From assembly GCA_001662655.1 (NCBI GenBank), contig KV460206.1: a DNA stretch of 64,000 nt; one strand, written 5' to 3'. The notes beneath the pieces were generated by a model. That model was given only the letters and a program-made list of their open reading frames with translations. It made no database searches and was not told the origin of the DNA. Both the position numbers and the translations under genes were made by a program. The stretch is from Pseudogymnoascus verrucosus (Eukaryota). This document shows, piece by piece, positions 15,152 to 26,887 of this stretch (its first letter is position 1; each line of letters begins with the position of its first letter).

Positions 15152-16225
15152 ATGTCCTCCCACCTCTCTAAAACAGACACACACCTCTACCGCCCCCCCT
15201 CCTCCACCACCTCCGTCCCACCAACAAAACGCACCAAACACACCCCCAGCGCCCCCACCCCCTCCTCCCTCACCTTCACCTCAACCCTCTCCAGCCTCCT
15301 CTCTCGCCCCCCCTCCCCCCCCGGTCCGCGCGCCTCCCGCGCCCACGCAAAAAAGAAAGACGATATCTTCACCGCTCACCGACGGCGACGGAAAGATAAA
15401 GATACACGGGGCAGAGAAGGGGGGGAACAAGATATCGGCGGGGTGGATGAAGAGACGCTCGAGCGGTCGAGGAGGAAGATGGAGGAGAAAGCTAAGAGGT
15501 ACCGTGCTATGAAACGGGGGGATATAGATGTAGCCGAGGGCGGAGAGGGGGCGGGGGGGCTGGTGGAGTGGGATCGCAAATGGACTGAGGCGGGGGAGAA
15601 GGGGGAGGGGAGCGAGGATGAGAGTGAACTTGAGGAAGGGGGGGGAACGTTCGCGGATCTGGAGAAGGTGGAGTTTGAGGATGAGTATGGACGTCTGAGA
15701 GAGGGTACGAAGGCCGAAAAAGACCGTATGGAGCGGCGCCTACGGAATCAGCTTAGAGGAGCCGAGGAACTCGACCGCATGTCCGCCCGCCCCCGCGCGC
15801 CAGAGGGACTCATACACGGCCCCACCATCCAAAGCTCCGCCTTCAACCCCGACGCCGAGATCGAGGTGAAAATGGACGAACTAGCGCGGAAGAGGGATAG
15901 AAGCCCGACGCCACCGGAAGCGGTACATTATGATAGTAGGAAGGAGGTTAGGAGTCGCGGGGTGGGGTTTTATCAGTTTTCGAGAGAGGGGAGAGGGGGG
16001 GAGATGGAGGGGTTGGAGGGGTTGAGGAGGGAGACTGTTGGGATGAGGGGGGAGGATGGGGGGGGTGGGGAGGAGGAGGGGGAGGGAGGGGGGAATGGTG
16101 GGGGAGGGGGTGGAGGGGGTGGAGGGGGGTTGGTGGCGAGGTTGAGGGCGAGGAGGGAGGCGGAGGTGTTTTTGGAGGGGTTGGAGGGGGTTGGTGGGGG
16201 GGAGGAAGATGGGGGAGGGGGGTAG
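15152..16225 (+). CDS. CCDC174/DUF4078-like coiled-coil protein
   Basis: SRRKMEEKAKRYRAMKRG and HYDSRKEVRSRGVGFYQFS motifs. The C-terminus is G-rich and low complexity, so the end is less certain. Confidence 0.8.
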   Translation: MSSHLSKTDTHLYRPPSSTTSVPPTKRTKHTPSAPTPSSLTFTSTLSSLLSRPPSPPGPRASRAHAKKKDDIFTAHRRRRKDKDTRGREGGEQDIGGVDEETLERSRRKMEEKAKRYRAMKRGDIDVAEGGEGAGGLVEWDRKWTEAGEKGEGSEDESELEEGGGTFADLEKVEFEDEYGRLREGTKAEKDRMERRLRNQLRGAEELDRMSARPRAPEGLIHGPTIQSSAFNPDAEIEVKMDELARKRDRSPTPPEAVHYDSRKEVRSRGVGFYQFSREGRGGEMEGLEGLRRETVGMRGEDGGGGEEEGEGGGNGGGGGGGGGGGLVARLRARREAEVFLEGLEGVGGGEEDGGGG

Positions 16226-16950
16226 TAGTTATGGTATCTTCAGGGATACAAGTACAATAATTGGGATAAGGGGACATGGAGATACAGTGGTAACGCGTAT
16301 GTATGTACGTACATAACTTATATACTTGACGAGTAAACCTCCCCCTTTTCACTCAGCACACCACACCACGCCATCCATCCACCACAGTAACACTCATTCA
16401 CACACAGACCCCATAAACATACACCCCCTCCTCCCCCCTCTCCCCTTCCCAAAAAATAAACAATAGACAAGCATGCGAACCATAAAATAAAATAAAACAC
16501 CATACCCTCCCTATCCCTCCTTCCATTCCAATACCCCCCCAATTCAATAACCCGCTTCCCGCCCACCCACGCTTTCCCAAAAAAAGGTTAAAACATAAAA
16601 ACATGAAAAGTTAAGTGCAATCCCCATTTTTGCGCCATGGAGTCTCTCCCCATAGTGATCCATATCCCCAACAAAAACCCCAAAAAATCAACCCAAAAAA
16701 AGACGCCGGTGCTATTCCAAAACCCACCCCCCTAGCGCTGTCGACACAGAGAGAATGTGTCGTTCGTTCGTTTAACTCGCTGTGCGCCTCTCCCAGTCTG
16801 GGAGGGACACATAGCCAGTTAAACGACCAAAAAGCTCGCTGTATCCTCCATCTCTCGATCTGCAGGACATTACCTGCTCCGCTCGCTATGTGCCGATTCC
16901 AAGCACATCAAAATAACAACAAACCGCCAAGTAGTAGTCCCCAGCGATGT

Positions 16951-19330
16951 TCACTTAGCAACCCACCCACAATGACACTCCTGTATCGTCGTCCTCTTCC
17001 CCCACCCCATCCCCTCCTCCATCCCCTCCCCATCCCTCTCCGCCTTCCCACTCCCACCCGTCCCCACGCGCTCATCAAGCACCACGACAACCGCATTCCC
17101 ATCCCCGCCCTTCACCGGCACCGCACTCGTCCCATCCGCCGAGATGAGCATCTGCACGCAGTACGGCTGATCGTACGCACCCCTCGGCATCCTCCTCTCC
17201 TCAATCTTGACAACCTTCGGGTACGGCGGCAGTAAACCCCCCACCCCCGTCGTCCCCGCCGTACTCGCACTCCCCGTCGGAGTACCACCACCAGCCGTCA
17301 CGGCGCCAGCATCTGTAGGTACGCTCCGGCGCCCGTACCCGGAGGCCGTGGTGGGATTGGCACCGTAGCTCGAGGCCCATTTCTCGCTCGCTTGCGAGGT
17401 GGCGTTGGGGTACACGAAGGTCTCGAGGAGGGTCCCGTTCCAGTAACAGAACCACGGTGTTGAGCCTGCGGCGACGACGACGTTGTGGCGCGGGTATGAG
17501 TTTGGTGGTGGGCCCCACCCGCCGCTACTGCTGTCGCCGCCGTTGTAGTTGTTTGTGGCTGGGGCGGTGGGGGAGGATGTTGCGGTTTCGGTGGAGGAGG
17601 AGGTTTGGAGTGCTGCCGCGTCCGTGGGAGTAGCGGTCGTACCGTCGGCCGCCTCCACATTCCCCCGCCGCTTCCTCGCCTTGGCTGATGGCGCCGTCAG
17701 GAGTTCTGCTGGGAGGATGACGACTTTGTCGTAATTGACCTGGAAGAACCAGGCTGGTCCTAGATGCGGATCGTCGTAGTCGCTCACCAGGGTCATTACA
17801 TTCTTCGGTCTGAATACAGGTGGCTGCGTGCCGTACGAGAACCCTTGCTGTGCCCCATCCGGAAGCTTGACGGAGAAGGCGTGGTTACTCGTCTTGGGCG
17901 CGTCGAGGCCCAGGTTGGCGATGGTGACTTGGAGGCTCGCGGGCGGCATGTCACAGGACCAGGCGGGGAGCTGGGACGTGTTTTCGAGGCAGAGGCCTGT
18001 GGCTTCCACGGCGGAGCCCATGAAGAGGGAGAAAGTCCCCGTGGGAAGGGTGGGGAGGCCGGTGGGGAGGGAGGGGAGGGGGGTGGCGTCTACGGTGGTG
18101 GTTACGGTTGTGTAGTAATCACCTGAGACACTAAGGGACTGGTTAGTACGCGAGAAAGGGGTGTTTTTAGAGGGTAAAGGGGGAGACGTACGGTATGGTA
18201 GGTGGCTTATTGTGCTTATTCTCTTTCCGTTTCGTGACCATCACGCCGAGGATGTTACCGACGAGCAGGGCAATAACGACGATGAGCAGCACGATCAAAG
18301 CCAGCGCCCAAACCGGGAGGAAGCCGCACACCTTCTGCTTCGCCATCGTCTTCCACTTCTTCTCAGCCGGCTTCTCGGATTCCGCTTCTGCGGCCGCGGC
18401 AGCTTCGCGACTTCGCACGGGATCGCCGCTCTGCACGGAGAGTGTAGACCGGGGTGACGTCGGTTCAATGGGCGAGATGGCGAGGTTTTCTGACGAGAAT
18501 TCAGGGTTACGCGTTGCAAGGCCGATACCTCCTGCGCCCGAGGCGGCCGCTGCATATGGCCCTGGGGCAGATGTCGGCATCAGTTTCCTGGCGAATACTT
18601 CATCGGGGTATTTCGTGTAGGGCGGTAATTGTTCTGTATGGCCGTCTGGGCCAATGATATCGGCAGCATCTTCACCGTCTGGGCCTAATCGCCTTTGGTA
18701 TTGGTTCCCTGAGAGACCTGGGAAGCCGACTGGGATATTCGCTGGTGGCTCGATGTCGCCGGCTTCTGACTCCGGAACAGTATTCTGAGGATACATGCCG
18801 TAGGGGTGCGTAGGGCCATTGGGTCCACTGTAACTCTGTTCTGACGCGGGGAAACTTGAAGTCGTAGCAACGCTCGCAGCCCTCGCAGGACGACCCATTT
18901 GCGGGTACATTCGATATGGATGTGACGGCCTCGTCGGGCCCTGGTATGGCCCATCGGGCACTATTGTGGGAGCATCAGTCGAGGTGCTTGTAGACCGGCT
19001 CAGAGGCGTCGATTCGTTGCGTTCAGCAGGCGGACCAAAAGACGATGACTCCGGGGTCCCATCGTGTCGAAGGGCAAAGTTGTCGACCATCCTCGGCTTC
19101 GATATACTCGGTGGCCGCGGAGGTGCTGACCTGTTCAATTGTGACGAGTCGGAGGATATGCGGTTGTGGTTCTGGACGTGAGGCGGGCGGAACCCGTCAG
19201 ACACGCCCATACTCTCGAGTCCATAGAGGTCGTCGCCTTCGTCAATCGTGTTGTCGACAGAATGGCGGACCGAGAGCCTCTGCGACTCCCGTCGGCCGAA
19301 ATCACTCGATTGGTGGTCGGGAGGCGCCAT
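16951..19330 (-). CDS. Single-pass type II membrane protein with Pro-rich cytosolic N-terminus and Cys-containing C-terminal domain (unknown function)
   Basis: Exon 18192-19330 has GHTEQLPPYTKYP and a TM helix. Intron 18131-18191 joins in frame to a domain with AWSC, LGPAWFFQVNYDKVVIL, PWFCYWNGTLLETFVYPN and CHCGW. Confidence 0.8.
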
Positions 19331-20240
19331 ATCGAAGGCCTCGATTGAAGTTGGCCACGGAAAGAGTTGTGTCGAGGCAGAGATATGTTACGCCCTTTGG
19401 CGCTCGCGCTGGGATGGCGTGGTTCCCTTCAAGCCCAGGTTTCGCTCATGGGCTGTGTCGTGGAAGAGAGGCAATGCACAGAGGCAGGGCAGGAGAATAA
19501 GCGCTCGAAATAGCGATGGCGCGTTCGTGATCGAATACTGATTGAGGTGAGGATATCAATATGGTTGTGGTGTAATAATGAGTCGGTAGATATTGTTCGA
19601 TATTGTCCGTTGATAGAGTTATGGTGTACAATCAGGACTTCGTATTATTTGGACGGGAGGTTGTTGCGAGGTGGAGGTGGAGGTGGATGTTTTGGGATTG
19701 GGGCCCGAGGGCAATGTGAGTGGTGGAGGGTGGTGGGCAGTTGTGAAGAGCGGATAGTGTGTGGTGGTTGTGCCTGTTGGGCGGTGCTGGGTGTGGTGGT
19801 GGTGGGTGTGGGTGGTGGTGGTGGTGGTGGCTGGGCTGGGGGGATTCCTTGTTAATGGCAGGAGCAAGGTACGGCGGTAGGTGTTGGTGGATGGTGTTGT
19901 ATGGGATATGGGAGTTGCATGGAGTTGTATGGCAAGGTACAGCGACAGGGGGCACAGTTGTAGTGTAAATGAAAGTACCGACAGGAGGGAAAGGATGGGG
20001 AAAGAAGTGAAGGGGAGGGTTGTTGTGGTGTGAGTTTGGGTGGTGGGTGTGGTTGTGGTGGTTGTGGTGGTTGTGGTGGTTGTGGCGGTTGTGGTGGACT
20101 TTGTCTGGACACTAACAGCCATATAGAAGTACCAGCTAGTGATTCATAGAGTACCCCACCACCAAGGATTCTACTGCAGGGTACACAACTAGTGTCTGCC
20201 CAGTACAAACAAAGTTGACAGGCAAGTTCTTCTTTTTCAG

Positions 20241-20277
20241 GTGTTAGGTGGTGTTAGGTGGTGTTAGGTGGTGTTAG
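20241..20277. repeat. 10-bp tandem repeat (GTGTTAGGTG) x~3.7
   Basis: Directly visible. Confidence 0.9.
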
Positions 20278-21400
20278 TAGTACTCTAACAGCAGACATAC
20301 AATACGCTCGTGGTTGAAACAGGGGCAACTTCAACCACGGGCGACACACCACGACCAGACCAGTATTGTATGCATTACGGGCACGGCTAAGGGCAAGGGC
20401 AGGGCGACGTTTGTAGGGTAGATGGTAGATGTTAGTAAAGAGAAGTAAAGGTAGATAGTAGTAAATGCCTGCTTTAACAAATACTGGCACTGTACGGCTG
20501 GAATACTACGCGTTATATTGGCACAATTGGCACAATTGGCACATCAGTCACGGTCTGTCTGGCAGGTGGAAGGTAGCAGGTGTCTGGGGTTTACTTTGCC
20601 GTACTATACTTTACCATACTACACTCTGTATGGTGGTGTATGCTGCATCTCTTGAAACTCTTTGTCTTGCTCTCCTGCAAAATCTTGTACTGGATACGGG
20701 ATTAGCCGTTTGAAACAACTTTACTATTGACTATACTATAGCTATAGCATAGTAAGTCACGTGTGTCTCAGTTCCCTCTCCCCTCTCCCCTCCCCTTATC
20801 CCTCCTCTAGGCCTCTTCTATATTAATTAAATCACGTGTGTCTCAGTCAGTCCACCCCACTGCCCGTCTTCTTCCGTCCTTCCTCCGTCCCTAGTCCCTT
20901 GTCTCTCTTCTCTCCCTCCCTTCCGTCCTTATTTCCCCCCTTGGCATCTTCTAGAGAAACTACATGCACCCCCCATCTCGGCGAACTTCCCCCTTTATCC
21001 GCTACATGCACTCCCCTGCCCATCACCTCCCATCACACACCCATCACCCCCTTCCCATCACCCCATCCCATCACTCACCCCTCCTCACCTCTTCTGTTTC
21101 TCCGTCTGCATGCACCTCCCACCCCCCCCTTCTACCCCTCCCCTCTTCCGTTTCCCCGTGTATCTTCTTCACGTGCCTTCCCTACTATCTTTCTACCTCT
21201 TTTCCTCTTTAGTCACTAGTAACATATCAACACAACAGTATAACCTCACTCTTCACTCCTCCCTCCCTCCCTCCCTCACACCTCACTTACTATCACACTA
21301 CCCTCTACATCCACCCCTCACTCCTTTCCACCTCCCACCCCCCCAACACCTCCCCACCAGCGAATCGTGATCTTGGTCGTGCTCCCATTCCCCACTTTTT

Positions 21401-21411
21401 GTCACCCCACC
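21401..21411 (+). promoter_or_regulatory. Candidate sterol regulatory element (SREBP/SrbA-type) upstream of ERG13
   Basis: GTCACCCCACC resembles the SRE core (A/G)TCACCCCAC and lies upstream of a mevalonate pathway gene. Confidence 0.45.
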
Positions 21412-22096
21412 GCCCTTCCACCGCCCTGAACTACACCTAAACTATACCCTAATCCAGTCTAGCTCTTTAGCAAAGCCACACAGCCGCGACTCTATCGCTA
21501 CACTAAAATGATCCGATTCCACAATTCTGGTTCCCACAACGCCGACCTAGGTGCGTTAAGCGAATAACTTACAGTACGTACCCCCCTCCAAACTCACGCA
21601 CTGAACCTCTGTTGAACTGTGAAAAAAAGGGAAGCACTGACACTCCCAATACAGGTCAAAACTCCCTCTTAGGCTGCCAAATTTATATAAACAATTCATA
21701 TTTCCCTCTTTTAAAAAATCTAATAAATCATCTCATCTCATCCAATTAATCATTTCATCCTACTAAAAAAATCCCCAGTTAATATACTTGTCTCTTAGTG
21801 TTGCTGCAGGTGAGTCCCCTTATCACCACTTAAAAAAAAAAATTATGGTCCGACACAGGACCGTCCTGCACCGCTACCCTACGCGCTTTGTTACCCCCCG
21901 CCCTTAGCTCCATCCTCCCTCCACCCCCTTTACCGCCATCTCCAACAGTCCAATTTCTCCAGACAAAAGGGAAGCATCGTTGGACTGACCACTACAGAGC
22001 TCAGACATCATCTTCTGCCACTCACTCCTCTTCAAACCTCTCTCAAATAGCTCTCAAGTCCATCCCACTTCCCGCATACCATACCCTCACCGCATC

Positions 22097-23605
22097 ATGT
22101 CGGAACGCCCTCAGAACATCGGCATCAAGGCCATTGAGATCTATTTCCCCAGCCAGGTATGTCTCAAGCTGCACAAGAGCACCTCTTCCACTGCTAACAC
22201 TCCCTCCTCAGTGCGTCGACCAAGCCGAGCTCGAGAAGTTCGATGGCGTTAGCCAAGGCAAATACACCATCGGCCTTGGCCAGACAAAGATGAGCTTCTG
22301 CGACGACAGAGAAGGTGAGACACCGCACCCCGCACCTCACAAGACCACCCCTCACTGACACTCCCCCCTCCAGACATCTACTCCTTCGCCCTGACCGTGA
22401 CCGCCAACCTGCTCTCGAAATACAAGATCGACCCCAACTCCATCGGCCGCCTCGAGGTGGGCACCGAGACCATGCTCGACAAGTCCAAGTCCGTCAAGTC
22501 GGTCCTGATGCAGCTCTTCGGCAGCAACTCCAACATCGAGGGCGTCGACACCATCAACGCCTGCTACGGCGGCACCAACGCCTTCCTCAACTCCGTCAAC
22601 TGGATCGAGTCCTCCGGCTGGGACGGCCGCGACGCCATCGTCGTCGCCGGTGACATCGCCCTGTACGCCAAGGGCAACGCCCGCCCCACCGGCGGCGCCG
22701 GCGCAGTCGCCATGCTCATCGGTCCTAACGCTCCTGTTGTCGTCGAGCCCGGACTCCGCGGCTCCTACATGCAGCACGCGTACGACTTCTACAAGCCGGA
22801 TCTCACCTCCGAGTACCCCATCGTCGACGGCCACTTCTCCATCTCCTGCTACACCGAGGCTGTGGACGCCTGCTACAAGGCCTATAACGCCCGCGAAGCC
22901 ACTCTCAAGAAGCTTGCTAACGGCCACGCTAACGGCCACGCCAACGGCGTCGCTGCTGAGGAGGACGCTTCCAAGACTCCCCTGGACCGTTTCGATTACA
23001 TGACCTTCCACGCACCAACCTGCAAGCTCGTGGCAAAGTCCTACGCTCGCCTCCTCTACAACGATTACCTCACCAACCCCACCGCCGCGGCCTTCGCCGA
23101 CGTCCCATCCACCATCGCTGATCTCGACTACAAGACCTCCATCACCGACAAGAGCGTCGAGAAGACCTTCATGGCCCTCACCAAGGCGCGCTTCGGCGCC
23201 CGCGTCCAGCCTTCCATCGAGGTGCCCACTATGTGCGGAAACATGTACTGCGGATCCGTGTGGGGTGGTCTCGTGTCCCTTCTGTCCAACGTCAGCTCTG
23301 AGGAGCTGCAGGGGAAGCGCATTGGAGTTTTCTCCTACGGGTCTGGACTCGCTAGCAGCTTGCTCAGTCTGAGAGTTGCGGGACCGACTGGGGAGTTGGC
23401 GAAGGCGGTTGATCTTAAGGCGCGCTTGGCGGCCAGGAGGACGGTCAAGCCGGAGGTTTATGATGAGCTCTGCGACTTGAGGAAGAAGGCGCATTTGCAG
23501 AAGGGGTATAAACCTGCTGGTAGCGCCGAGACTGTTGTGGCGGGTACTTATTACCTTGAGGAGGTTGATGAGCTGTTCCGTCGCAAGTACTCCATCAAGG
23601 CTTGA
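22097..23605 (+). CDS. ERG13: Hydroxymethylglutaryl-CoA synthase
   Basis: [41 protein letters not shown] and FSYGSG motifs. Introns 22157-22211 and 22315-22373. Confidence 0.98.
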
Positions 23606-25039
23606 AAAGCTCTCCGACTTGTCACACTACTCATCACCACTCCCTCCCTCCTTATTAGTGAGTGAGTGAGTGGGTGGGTGGGTGGGTGACTTGAAAAGTT
23701 GCTGCATACACACAAACAAGGCATTTACAGGCTTTTTTGGGAGCATGGATGGGCAAGAATTTTGCATTATGGATAGACACACAGAAGATGAGGGGGGGGG
23801 GGGGTTGACGCTGATGGATGTAATGAGGATTATGCTTTGATGGGATGGGGAAGGGTGGATAACTTACTGTAGATAAACTCGACGTTTGCCCCCCGCGCCC
23901 ATTTTACCGGCACGGGGATGTGGTAGAGAGGGTCTGTGATGCTACAAAAAAACAACTAGAATCTTATAATAATAACAACTACGGGATTTAAAGAGTATTA
24001 CAATTGGGGGGTTTTTTTGTGTGTGTGTGTTGTCTTTTCGTCTTTATTGTGAAATTTTCTCCATCATCATCATCACCATATATCCGTGGACTGGACGAAG
24101 GAAAAAGTCTCTCTAAAATCCTCACCAGAACCAACCACGAGAAATTCCTCACCAGCGCAGAGAGATAAAAAGGACACATTACACAAACCATACTTGTATA
24201 GCAAACTACGGAGCTAGCTATTAATTGTTTTTCGTCATCACCCGCCCCCCCCCCCCTTTCCCTCCTCAAATGGCCATCCCATCCCGCTGCATAAATAGGA
24301 AAGTTACAAAAAAACAAAAACAAAAACAAAAGGGAGTCGTTTCGATTCCAAGGCTGCTGTGTGTTATCCACCACCCCTGCTACAAGGGCTTGCATTCTGT
24401 AGTCTGCGTGTGTGTGTAGGCTGTTTCTGGTTCTGGTTTTTTCCAGTTTGTGTGTGTTGTGTCGTTTTGTTGCATGGACCAGTTGTGGTTTCCCCGGTTA
24501 TAGTTCCGTTACAAAAATAAATAAAAAACACGTCTCGGTCATCTCATAAACACCCAGGACGGACCCATCATCAATGAAGGTAGCAAGTAGTAGACCAGAA
24601 GAAGAAAAAAACAACAAACATAGTCAAAATAGTAAGAGTAGAAAATAATCCCATAAACCCCCCCTCCCGAAATCAATATCCCCCTAAATGTAGTATGAGA
24701 GAATTTCCATGCATGCTAGCTAAGCGCAAGAAAAAAACTGCTGCTCAATCTGGTTTTTTTTATAAAAAAGGGGGAGAAAACATATCCATCCAACAAGATG
24801 TTTGCTTTGTAGGTGGAAGTAAAGTTTTCATCCCCGTCGTCCCGCCCAGCTCGATCGACCCGACCGACCAACCGACCGAAACCATTCACCGAACCCATCC
24901 GTTCAGACATACGTATCATATCATGGCAGTAAAGAAAAGCGACGCCCTCGTCCATCCCATCACCCATCATCACCCCACTCCCCCCATCCCATCATCAATC
25001 ACCCACTACGGCGCACACACACCTCCCACCTCACCCCCC

Positions 25040-26887
25040 TCAATACCTCCTATCATACTCCCTCGGATACCCCCCCTCCCTCATCCCAAACTCCCTAACC
25101 GGCGGCCTCCCATACTCTCCCCCTCTCATATACGGATCCACCTGCGGCGGATACCCGCCCCTATACGGGTCATCATACGGTCCCCTCCTCGGCGGCGGCG
25201 GGTAGTCATCCATAGGTCCTCTAGGCCGCGGAGGCGAGCGTCCGTAGCGGCCACGGTCGTCGTAGTAGTCACGGCGTGGGGAACGGTCGCGGTATCCACC
25301 GCCGTCGCGACGGGGGGAGTAGCCGCGCGGGCGGCGGTCGTAGTCGTCGCTGGGGTAGGGGCGGCGGGGGGGAGAGCGGGAACGCATGCGGTCGCGGGGC
25401 ATGTCGGGTTGGGTCTGGGGGGTGTTAGTGTGGGTGCGGTGAAAGGGGGTGGTGGGGATGGGGAAGGGGGAGGCTTACATCAGCGGTGCAGGTCACGCGA
25501 GCACCCTTGAATTCGCGGCCGTCGAGTTTTTCGACAGCGGTGCGGAGGTCGGCTGCGGTTTCGAACTCGACAAAGCTGCTGGTGGTGTTAGTTTAGAGGG
25601 TTGCGGTTTGAAACGAGCGGGGGTGGCTTACCCCTTGCCGTCACGGTCGCGGCCGGTTTCGGAGTAGACGACGTCGAGGCTGGACTGACGCGCGAAGTCC
25701 TTCAGGTCCTATATCCCGATTCCAAGTAAGTTGATGTTCCAGGACTAAAAGTTGGCGCGCACTGTGATGGTATGGTATGGTATGGTAGTGGCAAGGTTTT
25801 CAATAAGGAGGTGGTTGCCAGGCGCCGCCGATTTGGTTCGGCGATGCGTTGACAGCCTCCAGCTCGGTCGGCGAGGTTGCGATATCCAGGTCCTGTCCCT
25901 GGTACATCTTGTCACGCGGCAGCAGGGGAAGTGCTGGCCATGAAAGAGTAGGAAACTCAGGGAAGGGTTGGGTTGGAGGGCCGGGGGGGAGGTGTGGAGG
26001 TGGGTGGTGCCAAAAGTCCAGAGCCAGCTAAGGCTATGGCCCAGTCACACCGGTCTGGTGCAGATCGGCAAGATGAAATGCCGCCTTATATATAATCTCC
26101 ACGAAAGAGGCTAGATGGCCATATCGAAGGAGAAAGATAGGATGTTTTATGCCGCCCAGGTGTGACTGCGCGCATAGGGGCTTGCTTTCACACCACAAGC
26201 TGGTGTTCCCATCTCACGGGTTGTTTTGTCCAGAGAGAGCGAGAGCAAGAGCTGAGATCCACGAATCCGGGAGCAAAGAACGAGGGGGGACAGACCTGCC
26301 AACTGGTTTCGCCGGGGAGTCCCGAAATCTGCATCCTGTGTGGGGTACGTCTGGGGCGCGGGGCCGTACGGTCGGTGGCGGCGAAGTTGTCGCGCTGGCG
26401 CGATCCGCGGGCGAACTGGACGGTCAGGCGGTCGCCCTTGAGCTCGGAGCCATCTGTGTGGGGGGTTAGAATTGGTATTCGGGTGTGTGTTGTTGGGAGG
26501 GAGGTTGTCGAGTAGACTGTTTCGATTGTTATAACGTACGGAAAGCTTGAGGGGGTGTTAGCTTAGTTTTCTGGAGAGGAGGGGTGGAATAATTACCAGG
26601 AACTACGTCTCGGGCATCCATGGCATCCTCGTACTCGATGAATCCAAAGCCGTTCATGAGCTTGATCTCCTTGATTGTACCGGTGCCATGAGTGGCGAAA
26701 TGGGCCTCAACGTCAGCCTTGGTGGCTATAGCAACATCAGCATCGTTAGAATCGGGGATAGCGCAAGCACGCGGGGTTCGTTGCTGTCCAAGATGTGGAA
26801 TTCTTGTCGCAGAGAATGGGGATGTTTGCTCGTACCATCGCGCGGGAGGTTGCCCAAGTAGAGCCTCGTGGAGGATACCTCCGTCAT
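25040..26887 (-). CDS. SR-type pre-mRNA splicing factor (RRM + pseudo-RRM with SWQDLKD + RS/RD-rich tail; SRSF4/5/6/Npl3-like)
   Basis: Exons 26836-26887, 26597-26725, 26540-26545, 26296-26453, 25632-25708, 25479-25575 (or 25578) and 25040-25414. Motifs RLYLGNLPRD, NGFGFIEYED, TSWQ|DLKDFAR and RSRSPPRR. Confidence 0.93.

Noticed and set aside
20241..20277. Telomere-like repeat
   Set aside because: The unit is GTGTTAGGTG, not TTAGGG. An ordinary minisatellite.
22352..23494. 380-aa antisense ORF over ERG13 (similar ones over HOM6, NDC80 and APL3)
   Set aside because: Shadow ORFs produced by strong codon bias on the coding strand.
23603..23670. Cryptic peroxisomal readthrough extension of ERG13
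   Set aside because: The stop context is TGA-AAA rather than TGA-CTA, and the extension does not end in a PTS1.
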